A stretch of DNA of 53,333 bases. It comes from Atractiella rhizophila (lineage: Eukaryota). Shown here one piece after another: positions 10,591 to 23,320 of this stretch. Where the stretch lies: assembly GCA_021432655.1 (NCBI GenBank), contig MU271447.1, forward strand, positions 1-53,333. The letters are read 5' to 3'. Position 1 is the stretch's first letter, and every line of letters begins with the position of its first letter. The notes below the pieces were generated by a model. That model saw only the letters and a list, made by a program, of their open reading frames with translations, ran no database searches and was not told the origin of the DNA. Made by a program: the position numbers and the translations under genes.

Positions 10591-11604
10591 CTCAGAAAAG
10601 CTAGCTGCATGACGAGAACCTGAGAGAGAAAGTTTTGTGACGGATAGGGTGCAGAGATCCTTGTGTTCTGAATAATGCAGATGTACCGTCGAAACCATTC
10701 TTCATTCTAAATTAAATGGTGAGGCAGAGAATTATTTAGTCCCTTGCTACACCCTGAGCCGCAGTAGCTCCTGTACAACTTCAGCCATTCTGGAGATCAA
10801 GAAAGGAAGCTTGATCATCGATGAAAACGTGCAACCACCGCAATGTAATAATCGAAGAACTGTCCCAAGAGCAAATTTAAACTAGACAATCACTAGAATT
10901 CAATTGAGTACGAGAAGCTGTATCCTCCTCTCTGTTGACTTGATAATGGATGCCATTTCATGGCGGACACCCCGTACACTCTCTTTCCGATTGATGAAAT
11001 AACGGCGTCTCATAAGGAAGGATGACAAATATTGATTGTATAATCGTCTTTGGGCACTTGAGACCTCAAAAGTAATTCCCCATGCATAAAATCTTCGTTT
11101 CTCGGCCCCTTGTCGCACAACCTCGTCCAAAAGCCATGTCCAGTGACTCTCAGGAATATAACGAACAATCTTCGACGACAGAGCCTTGATCAACAACTGT
11201 ACAGCTTGTGGTGATAAAACAAAGCACCCCGTAGAAGCAAAAGAGAGCAACATTGACGTAGGATTGAGAAAACATTGACCTGTTCGACCAGTCGAGGTTT
11301 CATCCTCAATTTCTGCAAGCATAGTACATGTATACTTGACGTATGCTACCTGATACGCGGGAAATCAGACAGGAAAGTCCAAATCCAGAAAAAATCACTG
11401 TTTACAGGAACCAACGGCAACAACGGCAACGTGAGCAGAGAAAGTTTTTGGCGGCTTGGGGGGCTTTCGAATGTGCGTACGAGGGGGCTCGATCAATCTC
11501 AAAGATTTTTTTTCCACCGCTCCCAGCTTGCAGGCCGTCCTTTTCTGCTGTCTCCAGCTGCCCATTACTAGGTTCTACTTTCGGTACAAGAAACAGGTTT
11601 CGAA

Positions 11605-13415
11605 ATGGGTAAATCAAGCGATAAGAAGGAGAAAAAGTCCAAGTCTTCCGTTACGGCTGAGGCGACGAATCTCAAGGCGGAAGCTACTGGGAAGGTGAAA
11701 AAAGATAAGTCTTCTAAAGAGAGCAAGGCGAATGGGAAGGAGAAAGAGAGCGTGGACAAGAAGCATGCTGAAAAGGATTTGAAGAAGAAGGAAAAGAAAG
11801 AGGCGAAGAAGAAAGCGGCTGAAGAGGCGGAGAGGAAGAAGAAGGAAGAGGAAGAACGTAAGAAGAAGGAGGAAGAGGAACGCCTGAAAAAGGAGGCTGA
11901 AGAGGCAGCTGCTAAACTTGCAGCTGCGAAGAAAGACGCTTCTTCATCTGAGGACGATTCTGACGATTCTGATGACTCTTCTGACGATAGCGAAGACGAC
12001 AAGGAGGAAAAATCGAAATCTGCTGCCGTCAAACCCGCCGCATCCGCCGCGAAAAAGGCTGATTCTGATTCTTCTTCGGACGAATCATCCGACGATGAGG
12101 ACCAGAAAGAGGGCTTGAAGAGTGTCAAGCTAGTACCGAACACGAACGGGAAGGCAAATGGAAAGAAGGCAGAGAGCAGCAGCGAGGAATCCTCGGACGA
12201 TGATGAGGACGTAGCAATGAAAGATGTGCGTCTTTTCTTTGATTGTACAGAGAAGCCTGTGTTAAAGTATGACGGCCGAATAGGGAGAGAAGAAGGTGGA
12301 AGAGAAGAAGAAAGCAGATTCAGACTCATCCAACTCTTCGGATGACTCTTCTTCAGATGAAGAGGAGAAGGTTTGTGTCTTCCCCCAATCGATGATCCCA
12401 GCTGACTGAAGGAGCAAGACACCTGCAAAACCGGTCTCGAAAAAACGTCCTTTGGATGACACGCCATCTCAACCTTCGAAAAAGACAAAGGTTTCGGAGG
12501 AAGTCTCAGCTACCATCTTCGTTGGACGGATGGATTGGGGCGTCACGCAGGACGACCTACGGGACAAATTCAGCGAGTTCGGGTCTGTCGTCTCCGCTCG
12601 TGTTGTGACGGACAAGATATCAGGAAAGAGCAAAGGCTTCGGGTATGTTGAATTTGGGACTGGAGAGGAAGCCGCAAAAGCTATCGAAGCAATGAATGGC
12701 GTCGCTTGGCCGGGAGATCGGGAACTGGTAGTCAACTCCGCTGACGCTAAGCCTGAGAAACCTGCTAGTGGAAAAGACGACTGGGGTGCCAAAAAGAATG
12801 ACAGAGGCGGGAAGAAGTTCAATGACTCACTCTCCGGCCCTCCTACCTCCACCCTTTTCGTTGCCAATCTTCCTTTCGAGGCAACGAAGGACGCCGTTCA
12901 TGAACTCCTCGCAGATTTCGGAGGACTCCAGGACGTAAGAGTCGTCACAGACAAGGAGACTGGAGCTGTCAAGGGGTTCGGATATGTTGAGTTCAGCGAC
13001 GAAGACTCCGCGAAGAAAGTCATCGATGCTCACGGCCCAGTGGGCACGGAAGGACCGCTACAGATGATGGGCAGGGATCTTAGATTTGACTTTTCGTGCG
13101 TCTTTTTCCGCTTCTCTCGGTGTGAGAAATGTTCACCATTGATCATGGTTCAGCCAACCAAGGGAAGCACGCCAAAACGGCGACGGAGGCTTCGGTGGTG
13201 GACGTGGTGGCGGACGTGGAGGATTTGGTGGTCGTGGAGGCGGACGCGGCGGGGGACGAGGAGGCGATCGTGGAGGCCGAGGTGGTGGAAGGGGACGTGG
13301 AGGCGATAGGGGAGGAAGAGGTGGTGGACGGGGAGGAAGGGGAGACTCAGGATGGGGAGCTAAGAAGAACGGGAGCATCCAAGAGGCGCAAGGGACGAAG
13401 AAGACCTTCGACTAA
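11605..13415 (+). CDS. NSR1: Nucleolin-like protein Nsr1/Gar2 (acidic-Ser/Lys N-terminus, 2 RRMs, RGG tail)
   Basis: K/E-rich and S/D-rich tracts; two RRMs with RNP1 KGFGYVEF; RGG-box exon after 13153; C-terminus GTKKTFD*. Confidence 0.93.
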
Positions 13416-14384
13416 ACTCCCTGTCTCTCAGCTCTCTATCGCCGCTCCCAATCCCTCGACAAAGTTGCAGCGCTCATCACCTATGCCTAGAAAATGGGAC
13501 AGACTCTATGTCCTCTACCTATCTATCATGCCAGTTTTCCTTTACGATGTCGTCTACGCCTCGTGTCGTCATGACCTCTGTGCTCTCATACCCAGACTCA
13601 TTTGTGCAACAAGATTCTTGGACGAAAAGTATTATAGAATTGTGTTCTGCGTTGTTCCGTGGAATCATTATTTATCCTACATATTTGGGTACTGCCCTGT
13701 GCCCCATCAACTGCTTTTCCGGCCTCCACGGCTGACGACTGTCCACCAATTCCCTGACTCTATCTAGTGTAAGTGCTCATCCCATTGGACATATTGGCAG
13801 GAAGTACGAGCTCAGGTCTTACTGGGGGAGTCACAGCGTGGCAGAAAACATGGTGTGAGCTACTCTGAATACCAAGACTCGGAACAAGGAAAACTCTACC
13901 CTCAAATCGTCGTCTCGAAGCAATTCTCCAACCATTTATTCGGTTTCGACGCTAGACTGTCAACATTATCCCTTCTTTGGGTAGTGGAGGGAGAAGTTCT
14001 AAACGTTATTTCAAGAAGCGTTATAGAATAAACTGGTCTGAAGCAGGTCGACCTTTGACGGGAAGAGAGGTGTACCCTCAGGAATCTATGGGAAAGAAAG
14101 GACAATCCACAATCCAAGTCGTGTCCGTAGCACGTGACTCCTGAGGCGGAGTCGACTCCAAAAAACTCAAAGCTCCAACAGAAGGAGGTTTGAAGTTCCA
14201 TCTCAGCAGGAATGGAACTGCACATACGGGCTGAGCGAAGTCCAGTTGATTACTGCGAGTTCGTACATATTCAACGGGGAGCAAAGATTAATATTATACT
14301 CCACCACAACTCTTGATGAACGGGCTGGAATTTTGAATGATATTTTATTTTCGTTTATTAACCTTTACACATAGCAGTCGGATC

Positions 14385-14809
14385 TCAGACATCTCTACCA
14401 GTAGCCTTGCCTCCCTTTTTGCCTTCAATGTGAGGATCGGGACCCGTGTCACCACCGAATCCATGCTCAGGGTCCACTCTTTTATCATGACCACCGTCCA
14501 ACTTCTTTCCTCCTGTTCAAAAGTTCAGCCTTCAGACCCTTCGTGAACCGAAGAGGTGACGAACCGTGCTGCTTGGGCTTATACCTGCCTCCAGCTCCTC
14601 CCTCTTCCGCCAAATCCTCAGCATCTTGGATCACCTCATCATCTGGCACGATGAAATCGCCCATCCCTCCCGTGGAAGGAGAGGGATTCCCAGCTTCTTG
14701 ATTGTTTACGGCGAAGCGCTTGTCGGGACTGCCATCTTTGCTATGTCTTCAAATCAGGATGGTTTCTCCAATCTAAAACTAGTTCATACTTGCGAGGTAT
14801 GTCTGACAT
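14385..14809 (-). CDS. Small hydrophilic stress/hydrophilin-like protein (KDG..DKR, YKP.xHGG, HGFGG, KGG motifs), paralog A
   Basis: Exons 14790-14809, 14565-14740 and 14385-14512 give MSDIPRNKDGSPDKRFAVNN...GRYKPKQHGGKKLDGGHDKRVDPEHGFGGDTGPDPHIEGKKGGKATGRDV*. Absent from the ORF track. Confidence 0.85.
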
Positions 14810-15342
14810 TTTCAAACTATTTCGTTATCTTCAAATCGAATTTTGAGTAGACTTTGTATGAGACCCGTAACAGGCATTTTGAGAGTGATACAGAGCCTTT
14901 ATACCCTCTCTGATGATCTCATCTGCGTACATATTAGAGCACATCGCAACTTTCACATTCTTGGTCTAATAAGCTTCTCCCTTCTTGTTCCCTTCGTACT
15001 GGGCTCTACTCCTGCTCTGCTCGGTCATCTGTTGGTTTTCTCGTTGATTGATCTGCTCGATGAACTCGATCCTGCCACCAATCGCCGATACGGATACATA
15101 CATTAGCGGCGAGAACTTTGACGTGGATGATGCAATGTTTGGAAGGCGCAAGAATCCAAGAAGACTCTCTTGGTCCTCTGCTTCATCAATGGTCTTCCGG
15201 GAAGGATTGTCGTCATTTTACATCAGATGCATTGGACGGAGCGTATAAAGAAGGTGATTCTATCGACTCTTTCCTCCTCTCCTCTCAAGCTAATATCTAA
15301 GAAATTATCGAACAACTGTTCCAGAACGAATATTAAACAAAT

Positions 15343-15955
15343 ATGCCTCAAGGAGCCGCAGGATTGACAAAGTACGTCTTTTTTACTCTTTCATCTTTCG
15401 AGAAGCGGAGCCTGATAAAAGATGCAGTAAGGACGGATCGAAGGATATGAGGTACAAAGCCAACAATCCTGATGCTGGCCAGCCCGGTCACAAGAACGAT
15501 AAGGATGTTTCGAGGGAGGAGTTTACGCAAGACATGAACGTTATTCAGAACTACGAAGCCGTGGCAGGGATGAATAATCCTATCCAACGTGGTATGTTAT
15601 GCTGTTAGGCTCCACATGCTCGAGGCAACTGATGATGGGCTTACAGGTGAGGAAGCTGCGCCTGATGTTTCTGATGGCAACTACAAGCCTTCTGAACATG
15701 GTATGTCTCCCTCTTACATCTTCAAACTGGACGAACTCATCCTTTGGCTTGCGATAGGTGGATTGAGGAAAGATGGCGAGCCAGATAAACGTACGAGGAG
15801 CGACCATGGTTTTGGTGCGTTCACCCTGCGCTCTCAACATTGGTGTTAACAGTTTCGTAGGCTCCGATGAAGGAGCGGATCCACATGTTGAAGGACAGAA
15901 GGGAGGGAGTATGAAGCAGACGGATTTGAACGAAAGCATTGGGAAAGTGAAGTAG
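15343..15955 (+). CDS. Small hydrophilic stress/hydrophilin-like protein, paralog B
   Basis: Five exons splice in frame to MPQGAAGLTNKDGSKDMRYKANN...NYKPSEHGGLRKDGEPDKRTRSDHGFGSDEGADPHVEGQKGGSMKQ...KVK*. Confidence 0.85.
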
Positions 15956-16185
15956 ATCACTGTCATCTTGCTTCAATTCGTATCAGTGGTCGTGTTGGAT
16001 TTCGTGCAGGTTGTCAATATGTCAAATGTTTATAGTGTGGTCCAATGTATAAGGCTAACTCTTTCAATCAGTCTTTCCATGCTGCAAATGCAACTTGTTC
16101 CTGTTGTAAGCCCCTTGATTCAACATCGGAAGCCCCTTAGCAGCCGCATCCCGCAAGAGGACCATTTTCTTCACACAACCTCATC

Positions 16186-16746
16186 ATGCCAGCATACCAA
16201 CTCCAATTAATATCGCATTCCTCCACCTACTCCTCCCTCCACTCCCTCCTCATGACGACCCACCGCGTCATCTTACAAGGCGGAGGAGTGGTGAGGAACG
16301 TTTCGTTTTGGGGAAGGAGGAGCTTGCCGCAAATCATGGTTAACCGGACAACAAATGTATGGCAGAGCAAAGGAGAGTGCGTGTTTTTTCTTGTTACGAG
16401 ATGGGATGAGGATATTGAATGTGCCCGTATGGCGTGAAGGTACACAGAATTAACGTTTCATGCCAACCCGAAAACTCTCGAAACGCTTCAAAAGCGTTTA
16501 AAACTCGAGCCTACCGTCTTACGGTCTGTCTCGCTCTCCTCATCATTGTCACTACGCATGATATTGAATGGATAAGACAGTGCTACAACCATGCGGATAG
16601 GTCGCGGCCTGAAAGACATCACGAATGCGAGTCAGGGAGGGAGCATCACTTATCCACCTGGACAGGTTTGGGATAGTGGGCTTGAGGAGGCCATGACGAA
16701 GGCGAAGAAGGCAAACTCGCCTGCAGGTTCAGGTTCGAGTTTGTAA
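16186..16746 (+). CDS. MRP17: Mitochondrial ribosomal protein S6 (bS6m)
   Basis: Exons 16186-16376, 16440-16523 and 16581-16746 give MPAYQLQLI...VILQGGGVVRNVSFWGRRSLPQIM...GEYTELTFHANPKTLETLQKRLKLEPTVLRATTMRIG, the S6 pattern (GGVVR..WG.R.LP, L..DP.VLR). Confidence 0.8.
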
Positions 16747-17191
16747 AAAAAAAAAAAAAAAAACCTCCCGCGTGCCGGTTCCTCATCATTCGTCCAGGAG
16801 CTGAGACCACCCTCCTCCCGCTACCGCCGAACCTTTCCAACTCTCGCATTCTCTCCTGTCTCCTCAACTGTTCTCTTCCATCTCCTTCGCTCGCCGCCCT
16901 CCTCTCCCTCTCTAGCACTCGTCCGTGCAATTGCAGCGACATTGGCATTGGACTCGTAAGAGGTGTCAACCCATAGAACCTGGGATCAGGGAGTCGAAAC
17001 GCCTCGTTGCCCGTCAACCAATCGGACTGAAAGTGAGCGCTCCTCGCTTCTGAAGCGACGCGAGAGGAGACATGAGTGCAGGACGAGGCGAGACGAGCGT
17101 GTTGATGCTGAGGGTGCGCTGGAGAGGTGAGGACAAACGGACGCGAGATGTCCCGCTTGGTGTGACGTTTGGGCTTTTTGCGCGGTGCCAT
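16646..17191 (-). CDS. Possible hypothetical basic protein (MAPRKKPKRHTKRDISRPF...)
   Basis: Open frame with coding-like composition, but no family recognised, and its 3' end overlaps MRP17 antisense. Confidence 0.35.
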   Translation of the reverse strand: MAPRKKPKRHTKRDISRPFVLTSPAHPQHQHARLASSCTHVSSRVASEARSAHFQSDWLTGNEAFRLPDPRFYGLTPLTSPMPMSLQLHGRVLERERRAASEGDGREQLRRQERMRELERFGGSGRRVVSAPGRMMRNRHAGGFFFFFFTNSNLNLQASLPSSPSSWPPQAHYPKPVQVDK

Positions 17192-17889
17192 AGCGTTCAG
17201 AGCGTCATCTTTGGTTCTGTCCCAGGCACTGCGATGGTGCCTGCAGAAGCCTACTGGTAAGGAAGTAAGGCAACAAGCTGTCTTGACCCTTGTACTGTAC
17301 TCACCAATGACGAAGAAGGAAAAGAGAAACAGAAAAGGACATAGAAGTGCACACAAAACATTCGCTGATAGGTCCGTGCGGACGTACCCACACTCAAACA
17401 AAGGGTCTCGTACGGCTCGTCCGCAGCAATATCCTCCGAGTCCGAACGCTGCGATCCGCTGACCCGGCAGCTTGAACGACGACCATTCTCAACGTCTCAG
17501 CCTTCCAGAGCCAGGAAAACGTCTAACCGCCCAGGTTCGTACTCTCATCCGTTCTAAAGTGCCAGCTGTCGTGAGTGGGGACCACGCTGGAGCGTGCCCG
17601 GGAGCTGGGTGGATCAGGATGGGATGGATTCCCAGGCTGTGCTTGGAAGGCGAGGGCACGCGAGCGAGCTTTTCCTTTTGCAGTGTGTCGGGGGAGCGAA
17701 CCGTTTCGTTTTTATAAGCACCCCTGCTGCAGCTATTTCTCTTCTTTCCCTCCGCAAAAGCCTTTCTTGGTTAAACGGGACTGTTGACAAAGGAGGTGCT
17801 GAAAACTGCTCGTGTCCTCATCGATCGATCATTCACTCAAACCCACTTGCTGACTTTCACTTGTTACCCTTAACTTTGCGACATTGGAT

Positions 17890-19197
17890 ATGCAGGCCTT
17901 CCTCATGCACCCTCTTCCGATTCCAATCTCTCCTTCTCCTCCAGCGTCAACCACAGAAGATTCCACCTCGACACCGTCCACCAGTCCCGATCTGTACGAC
18001 GTCCCTTTCAAATCCGGCATCACTTCCGAATCAGATTCATCAGCGCCGGCGGGAGAAGGAAGTGGTGGGAGACCCAGGAGTTGTAGCGAGAGTCGCATCT
18101 TTCCCACACCATCAGGAAGCTATTTCGTGCCTGAAGAAACAGCCGAGGCTGTTGTTACAGGAGGACAGGTGATCAGCAAGCAAAACAAGAGGAGGAGTTC
18201 ATCGATTGGCGCGTTGGTGGACATGGTGACTATCTCAGCTGGAAATGGTTTGATGAGCGACATGGTTGGCGGATCATCGTCTGGAAGCGCGTTCTCGTCG
18301 TACGGCTCACGAGGTTCCACCTCGTCGTCTCTCACCACGAACACCTCCTCCATCGATTCCGAACTCACGCCGCCTCTCTCACACACCCAATCCGCCACCA
18401 AGTCACCCACATCTCCCGAAGACGTGAACGGCACCCCGACGAGCGCACGACCCCTCTCCGACTCTGCGCAAAGCGCGTCATCAGGTCGCACATCGCTTCC
18501 ACCGCCTTCTCGGCCGGCCTCGTCCTACCTCCCCTTCCTCACCTCTTCCACCTCCTCCCGCATCTCTTCCTCCCGCAGATTCTCGGATCGCCTCTCGTTG
18601 CAAAACGCAAACATCAAAATCCGTGACTTTGGTTTCCCATCGACCGACCCGAGACATCATGGAGAGCGTGTGGGGGCACCAGCAACGGAGGGAAGGGAGG
18701 GAGAGAAAGACGGCGACTGGTGGCCTGCTCCGTTGAGGAGCAACAGCAACAATAGCACCAGTTTGAGCTTGGACGAGGAGGATGAAGACGACGATGACGA
18801 TGGAGAGTTTGAAGAGTTCAGGAAGTGGAGAGAGTCCGCACAGGACGAACCGGACGCCGAACCTGAACCTGCACCTGCTGTTGTAGATGTCGGACCTGGA
18901 GCCGGCGGATGTGTCATCAAGCTTGGGATGGTCTATCGGGCGGCATACGATTTTGAGGCAGAAGGAGACAGCGAGCTGTCGCTTGAAAAGGTGCGCCTCA
19001 TCCTCGTCATCTATGCATTTCTTCGAAGTAGCTGATGATTCTGCGTAAAGGGAGACTTGCTAAAAGTTCTCGAACTCATCTGCGAGGGATGGGTCGTTGC
19101 AGAACGAATATACGAGGACGAAAGCTCCGCCAACCCACCTCAGTCGGGCGAAGCGGACGCTGGCCTTGTACCCGCCAACTATCTGGAAGTCGTCTAA
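17890..19197 (+). CDS. NBP2: SH3-domain adaptor, Nbp2/Skb5-like
   Basis: Ser-rich N-terminus; IKIRDFGFPSTDPRHHG motif resembling the Nbp2 N-terminal motif; acidic tract; C-terminal SH3 split by an intron (YRAAYDFEAEGDSELSLEK / GDLLKVL...GWVVA...GLVPANYLEVV*). Confidence 0.75.
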
Positions 19198-20218
19198 TCA
19201 TCACCTTGAGTCTCTGAACCATTTCAACATTCGTGCTTTCCCTTTTTTCTTGTTTCGCGTCGGAGTCGTGGAGTCACCTTGAAGGGGAAGGGAGGGTGAA
19301 GAGAGTTAAAAGCCATATAGCATGCGTGCATAGCCGGGTCGCTGACTTCTTCATGAATGAATTGTCCATTTGTCAATTTTCCTTCAACAAACCTATCGTA
19401 TGTGCAAGTTGATATTTCGAGCAGCCTGTGACTGATTGGAGTTGTTATTTACTCGACCTTTGATTTGAATCCTTTTTTGAGAGGTCGAAAGGACGCTTCA
19501 ATGTAATACTTTCACTTTAAATATCTTCTCTTAAGTTACTCGAGTAGTCATTCGCAATTTCCTACTCTGTTCAATCCTTCATATCAAGTTGTCCGAGTCC
19601 CGAGTCCGTCCAGTCTGAGAACGTTCATGGATCTCCTCATTCGTGTCACTCTCAAAGGCATCGGTGCAGCGTGAAAGATTTGATTTCCAACGTGAATTCG
19701 ATTTATTTATCCCCGTCGAGGAACACTTTGTCTCATCCCGCCCTCAAGCCGTCGATATGGGAGTTCGCGTTGCCTATTCATCTCGATTCTCCTTCAGGGT
19801 AGGACTTGTGCCTCGTTGGAATATGTATCATGCTAGATGTGGTCTCAACGTTACTGTTCTCCAACTTAAAACAGCATCCCTCACCTGTAAGTTCCTTGTG
19901 CGACGATAAAAGCAAAAGAGGATTCAAGTTTCGAAGTATGTTAATATCCAGCGAGACTGTCCTTGTTTTTGTATTTCTTGGAAACCGTAAACGAATACGT
20001 CAGGTAATCTGAACCAAGGAGAACGAGTAGCTCGTCTTGTCAGGTCAAAGAGACGCGTCTAAAACGAAACCAAGCGCGATCCCCCCCATCCGCGTCCCGG
20101 CAGAACATTCACTCCGCCAACCCGCAAGCAGAGATAAAAGGCTACCTGCTCCACTTTCCATCCATCCTCAAGCTTCAAAGTCTCAGCAAGAAATCGCGAA
20201 CAACCTGGAAGAGAAAAC

Positions 20219-20847
20219 ATGGCTCCCCTCACAGTCGAATCCGCAACAGCTCTGCTCGCCCCATTGGAACGTCCAGAAACCATGGCCAAGTTCTACCCGT
20301 CCGTCTCGCCCAACGTTCAATGGACGGTTTCAAACCCAACGACAAAGGTCAGCCATCAATCAATCTACCTACCCTAGACTCCAACTGATCTGTGTGGACG
20401 CATGGCGCAGACACACCCAATCGCAGGGCATTACACAAGTTTGAAAGGTTGCCTTCTTATCTTCGGAGAAGAAAGGACGAAAACTGAGAGTCTAGATGAC
20501 AGATTTCGGTGCTGCCTCCTCTGCCATCGGCGGCGCCATGGCTACTCCTTGGGGTCTCAAGCTCGTGCGGCCTCCAATCGTTTGTCCAGCTGGGATCAAC
20601 GTAGTCGCAGAGCTGAGGTAGGATCGTCATCCTCTACTTCTTTCTTCCCTCCGATCGAATGCTAGCGTCTGATATTGAATGTTACAGAGCCCTCAATCCA
20701 GAGACGGGTGAACCTCCAGTAGGAAAGAACGGTACTGTGTTCGATAATCGCTACAGCTGGAATTTCGTTTGGGATCCAGAGAATGAGAAAATCACGGAGA
20801 TGAGGGCATATTTGGATGGTGCCCTTGTTAGAGATCTGTTGTCTTGA
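20219..20847 (+). CDS. SnoaL-like / NTF2-fold (ketosteroid isomerase-like) protein
   Basis: Four exons give MAPLTVES...SPNVQWTV / THPIAGHYTSLK / DF...VVAEL / ...GTVFDNRYSWNFVW...KITEMRAYLDGALVRDLLS*. Confidence 0.8.
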
Positions 20848-21547
20848 CTTTCTTGAACAGAAAAGAGGAAGTGCGCAAGTGTAATTTTTAATAGAAATTT
20901 GGAACAGCGCCATGGTCTGCAGCAGCGAAGGAGTTGCAGGAACATATAAGAGTCCCCAGTTGGAAGGACTCCATACTCTAGACTCCAAATTACCTTATTC
21001 ATGTTTGAAAACCCATTGAATTCACAAGCACATCAAATATTCCATATATTGGACATCCCCTGCACCGATACCGCGAATGTAACACATGATCTCCTCAACT
21101 TCCCTCCACTTCTTATGTTCGTAGATTGATAAACTCAGCATAGAGTGATAGAGAGTGATAGCCATGGAAAGCTGCGCTGGGATTTCGCCATCGTCGTTTT
21201 CCGCACTTGTAATTTAGCAACAAACGCGACGTTGTTGCTGCCAAGAGAAATTCTCCTCCCGAATGCTCACCTGCACGATGATCTTTGCCAATTTCTGGGA
21301 CAACGTATTTACTGGCGGGATGAATTAGCTTGGTAGCGCGTTTCCGACGCGTGTTTGGATGATCAGATTCTGTGAGCGTCAGCTTGTTCCTTGTGTCGTG
21401 GCTTATCACCAAACGACAGCTCAACGCTATCCATCATCAGACCGTATCATCTCAGCCTAACTTCACCGACTGCGTTGATCGTATAAAAGCCCTAATCTCC
21501 TCTCACCTGGAGGGTTCTCACTCCTGCCCACAAGTTGTCAAAACAAC

Positions 21548-23155
21548 ATGCTGTCCCTCCCTCTCCTCTCTGCCGCTCTCTTGGCTGCTGCACAAACCGC
21601 CTCAGCATGCCAACAGACGACTGACGTCCCACCCATTTTCTGGCTGGCCAATCTCAGGAATTCCACAAGCACAGTGGTAGGGAAGACTGCCAATGTGCTC
21701 GCTAGCGAGCCAGGGATGAGGTTGATTCGGTTCGAGGAAGGTCGGTCATCTCCTTCACTTAGTCCTCCATGCTGAATTATGATGCTGATGCTAATGCGTC
21801 CTGGATGGAATGGATAGGTCAAGCACCCGTTCCCATCACCGCGAGCGAGAAGGAGGCTTTGGAGAGGTCCGGATACCGATACTTCGACGTGACAGAGGTA
21901 GATCTCGAGGCTGAGGCATCTACCGCTCGCGTAGCCTCTTCAGTGGCGAAAATAACTGGTTCGTCTCCCTGTGCCTTCTCTCTGTCTATCTGGCAGCGAT
22001 TTATTAAACATTGGTTTTACATGAAATAGTGCCTTCCGGTCCAACGCACCAGAGCGTCGTCAACCCCATCATCGCTACGCTCTCCCAATCCAATTTGCAG
22101 AGCGACCTCACAGCACTGACGACCTACACGACCCGATATTACAGGTCAACGTCCGGCGCGACGGCCTCGAACGATCTTTACACCAAGCTGTCGTCCATCG
22201 CGGCTTCGAACTCATTGGCCAGCGTGACCAAGTTCACCCATTCCTGGGGCCAGAACTCTATCATTGCCAAGATCCAGGGAACGAACACTGCCGCCGCATC
22301 TATTATTGCTGGAGCCCATTTGGATAGCATCAATCAGAACAATCCGTCGTCTGGTACTAGCAAGGGAGCAGACGACAATGGATCCGGTTCGTCCCCTTTT
22401 TCTGCCTCCATCCCATGATCGTTTTTGTACGAGCTGACCCGTTTTGTAATTGGATGGGATGAACAGGATGCATAAATCTGATCGAAGCCTTCCGAAAGCT
22501 GGTCGCCTCCTCTTTCAAGCCAAAGACGACGATCGAATTCCACTGGTACTCTGGCGAGGAGGCAGGTTTGCTCGGATCTGCGGCTGTGGCGAAGAGCTAT
22601 GGCTTGAGCAAGGTTGGGGCTTACCTCAACCTCGGTCCGTCTTCCTCTCATCCATTCCTGCATGGCACCGCTCATGAACCTACAATGGCACCACAGATAT
22701 GACGGCCTGGCTCCAGTCAGGCACGACCCCACAGATCGGTTTTGTGAGCGATAGAACCGACTCGAGCCTTACGGCATTCACAAAGAAGCTTGTCACTGAG
22801 TACCTCACTGGCGTCATCCCCACAGATGACAACTGCGGTTCGTACTTACTCCCTGGACAATCTGACGCTCACTCACGTTCCCTTCCATACAGGATACGCT
22901 TGCTCTGACCACGTTAGTTCCACCACTTCGCTCATCCCTCGCAGACTAAAGTATGACTGACGTGTCGTTGTGGGATAGGCATCGTGGTACTCTCTTGGAG
23001 CGCAGACTGTGTACCCCTTTGAATCTATCACGGAATATGAGAACCCGAACATCCACACGGCCAACGACGTTGCATCCCTGAGCCAGTTCTCATTTGCGCA
23101 TGCGCACGAATTCACAAAGTTGGTCGTCGCGTTTGTTGTTGAGTTGGCTGCTTGA
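21548..23155 (+). CDS. LAP1: Secreted M28 family leucine aminopeptidase
   Basis: Signal peptide; TRYYRS, QNSIIAKI, GAHLDSIN, GADDNGSG, EFHWYSGEEAGLLGS, YACSDH and NPNIHT motifs across several exons. Confidence 0.9.
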
Positions 23156-23320
23156 TTGTAACATTCAAATGAAATGTGTTGTGGATAACAATCTTTTCTA
23201 CATTGAAATGTTGATTAACATTTGTACAGATTGGACACGGAATCGTTCCGACGTAGGTTAAATGACAAGTTTACATTGCATATGTTACATACAGAGTAAG
23301 ATCCGGTAAAGGAACATACA

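Noticed and set aside
10900..11322. 140-aa minus-strand ORF upstream of NSR1
   Set aside because: No family features or independent support; it may be a real orphan but cannot be supported from the sequence alone.
11568..12488. 306-aa Ser/Phe-rich minus ORF
   Set aside because: Antisense shadow of the K/E/D/S-rich NSR1 exon.
13902..14284. Cys-containing minus-strand ORFs
   Set aside because: No signal peptide, recognisable motif or convincing splice model.
16745..16763. Poly(A) tract as evidence of a retrocopy or retroelement
   Set aside because: The upstream MRP17 gene retains introns, and no target-site duplication is apparent.
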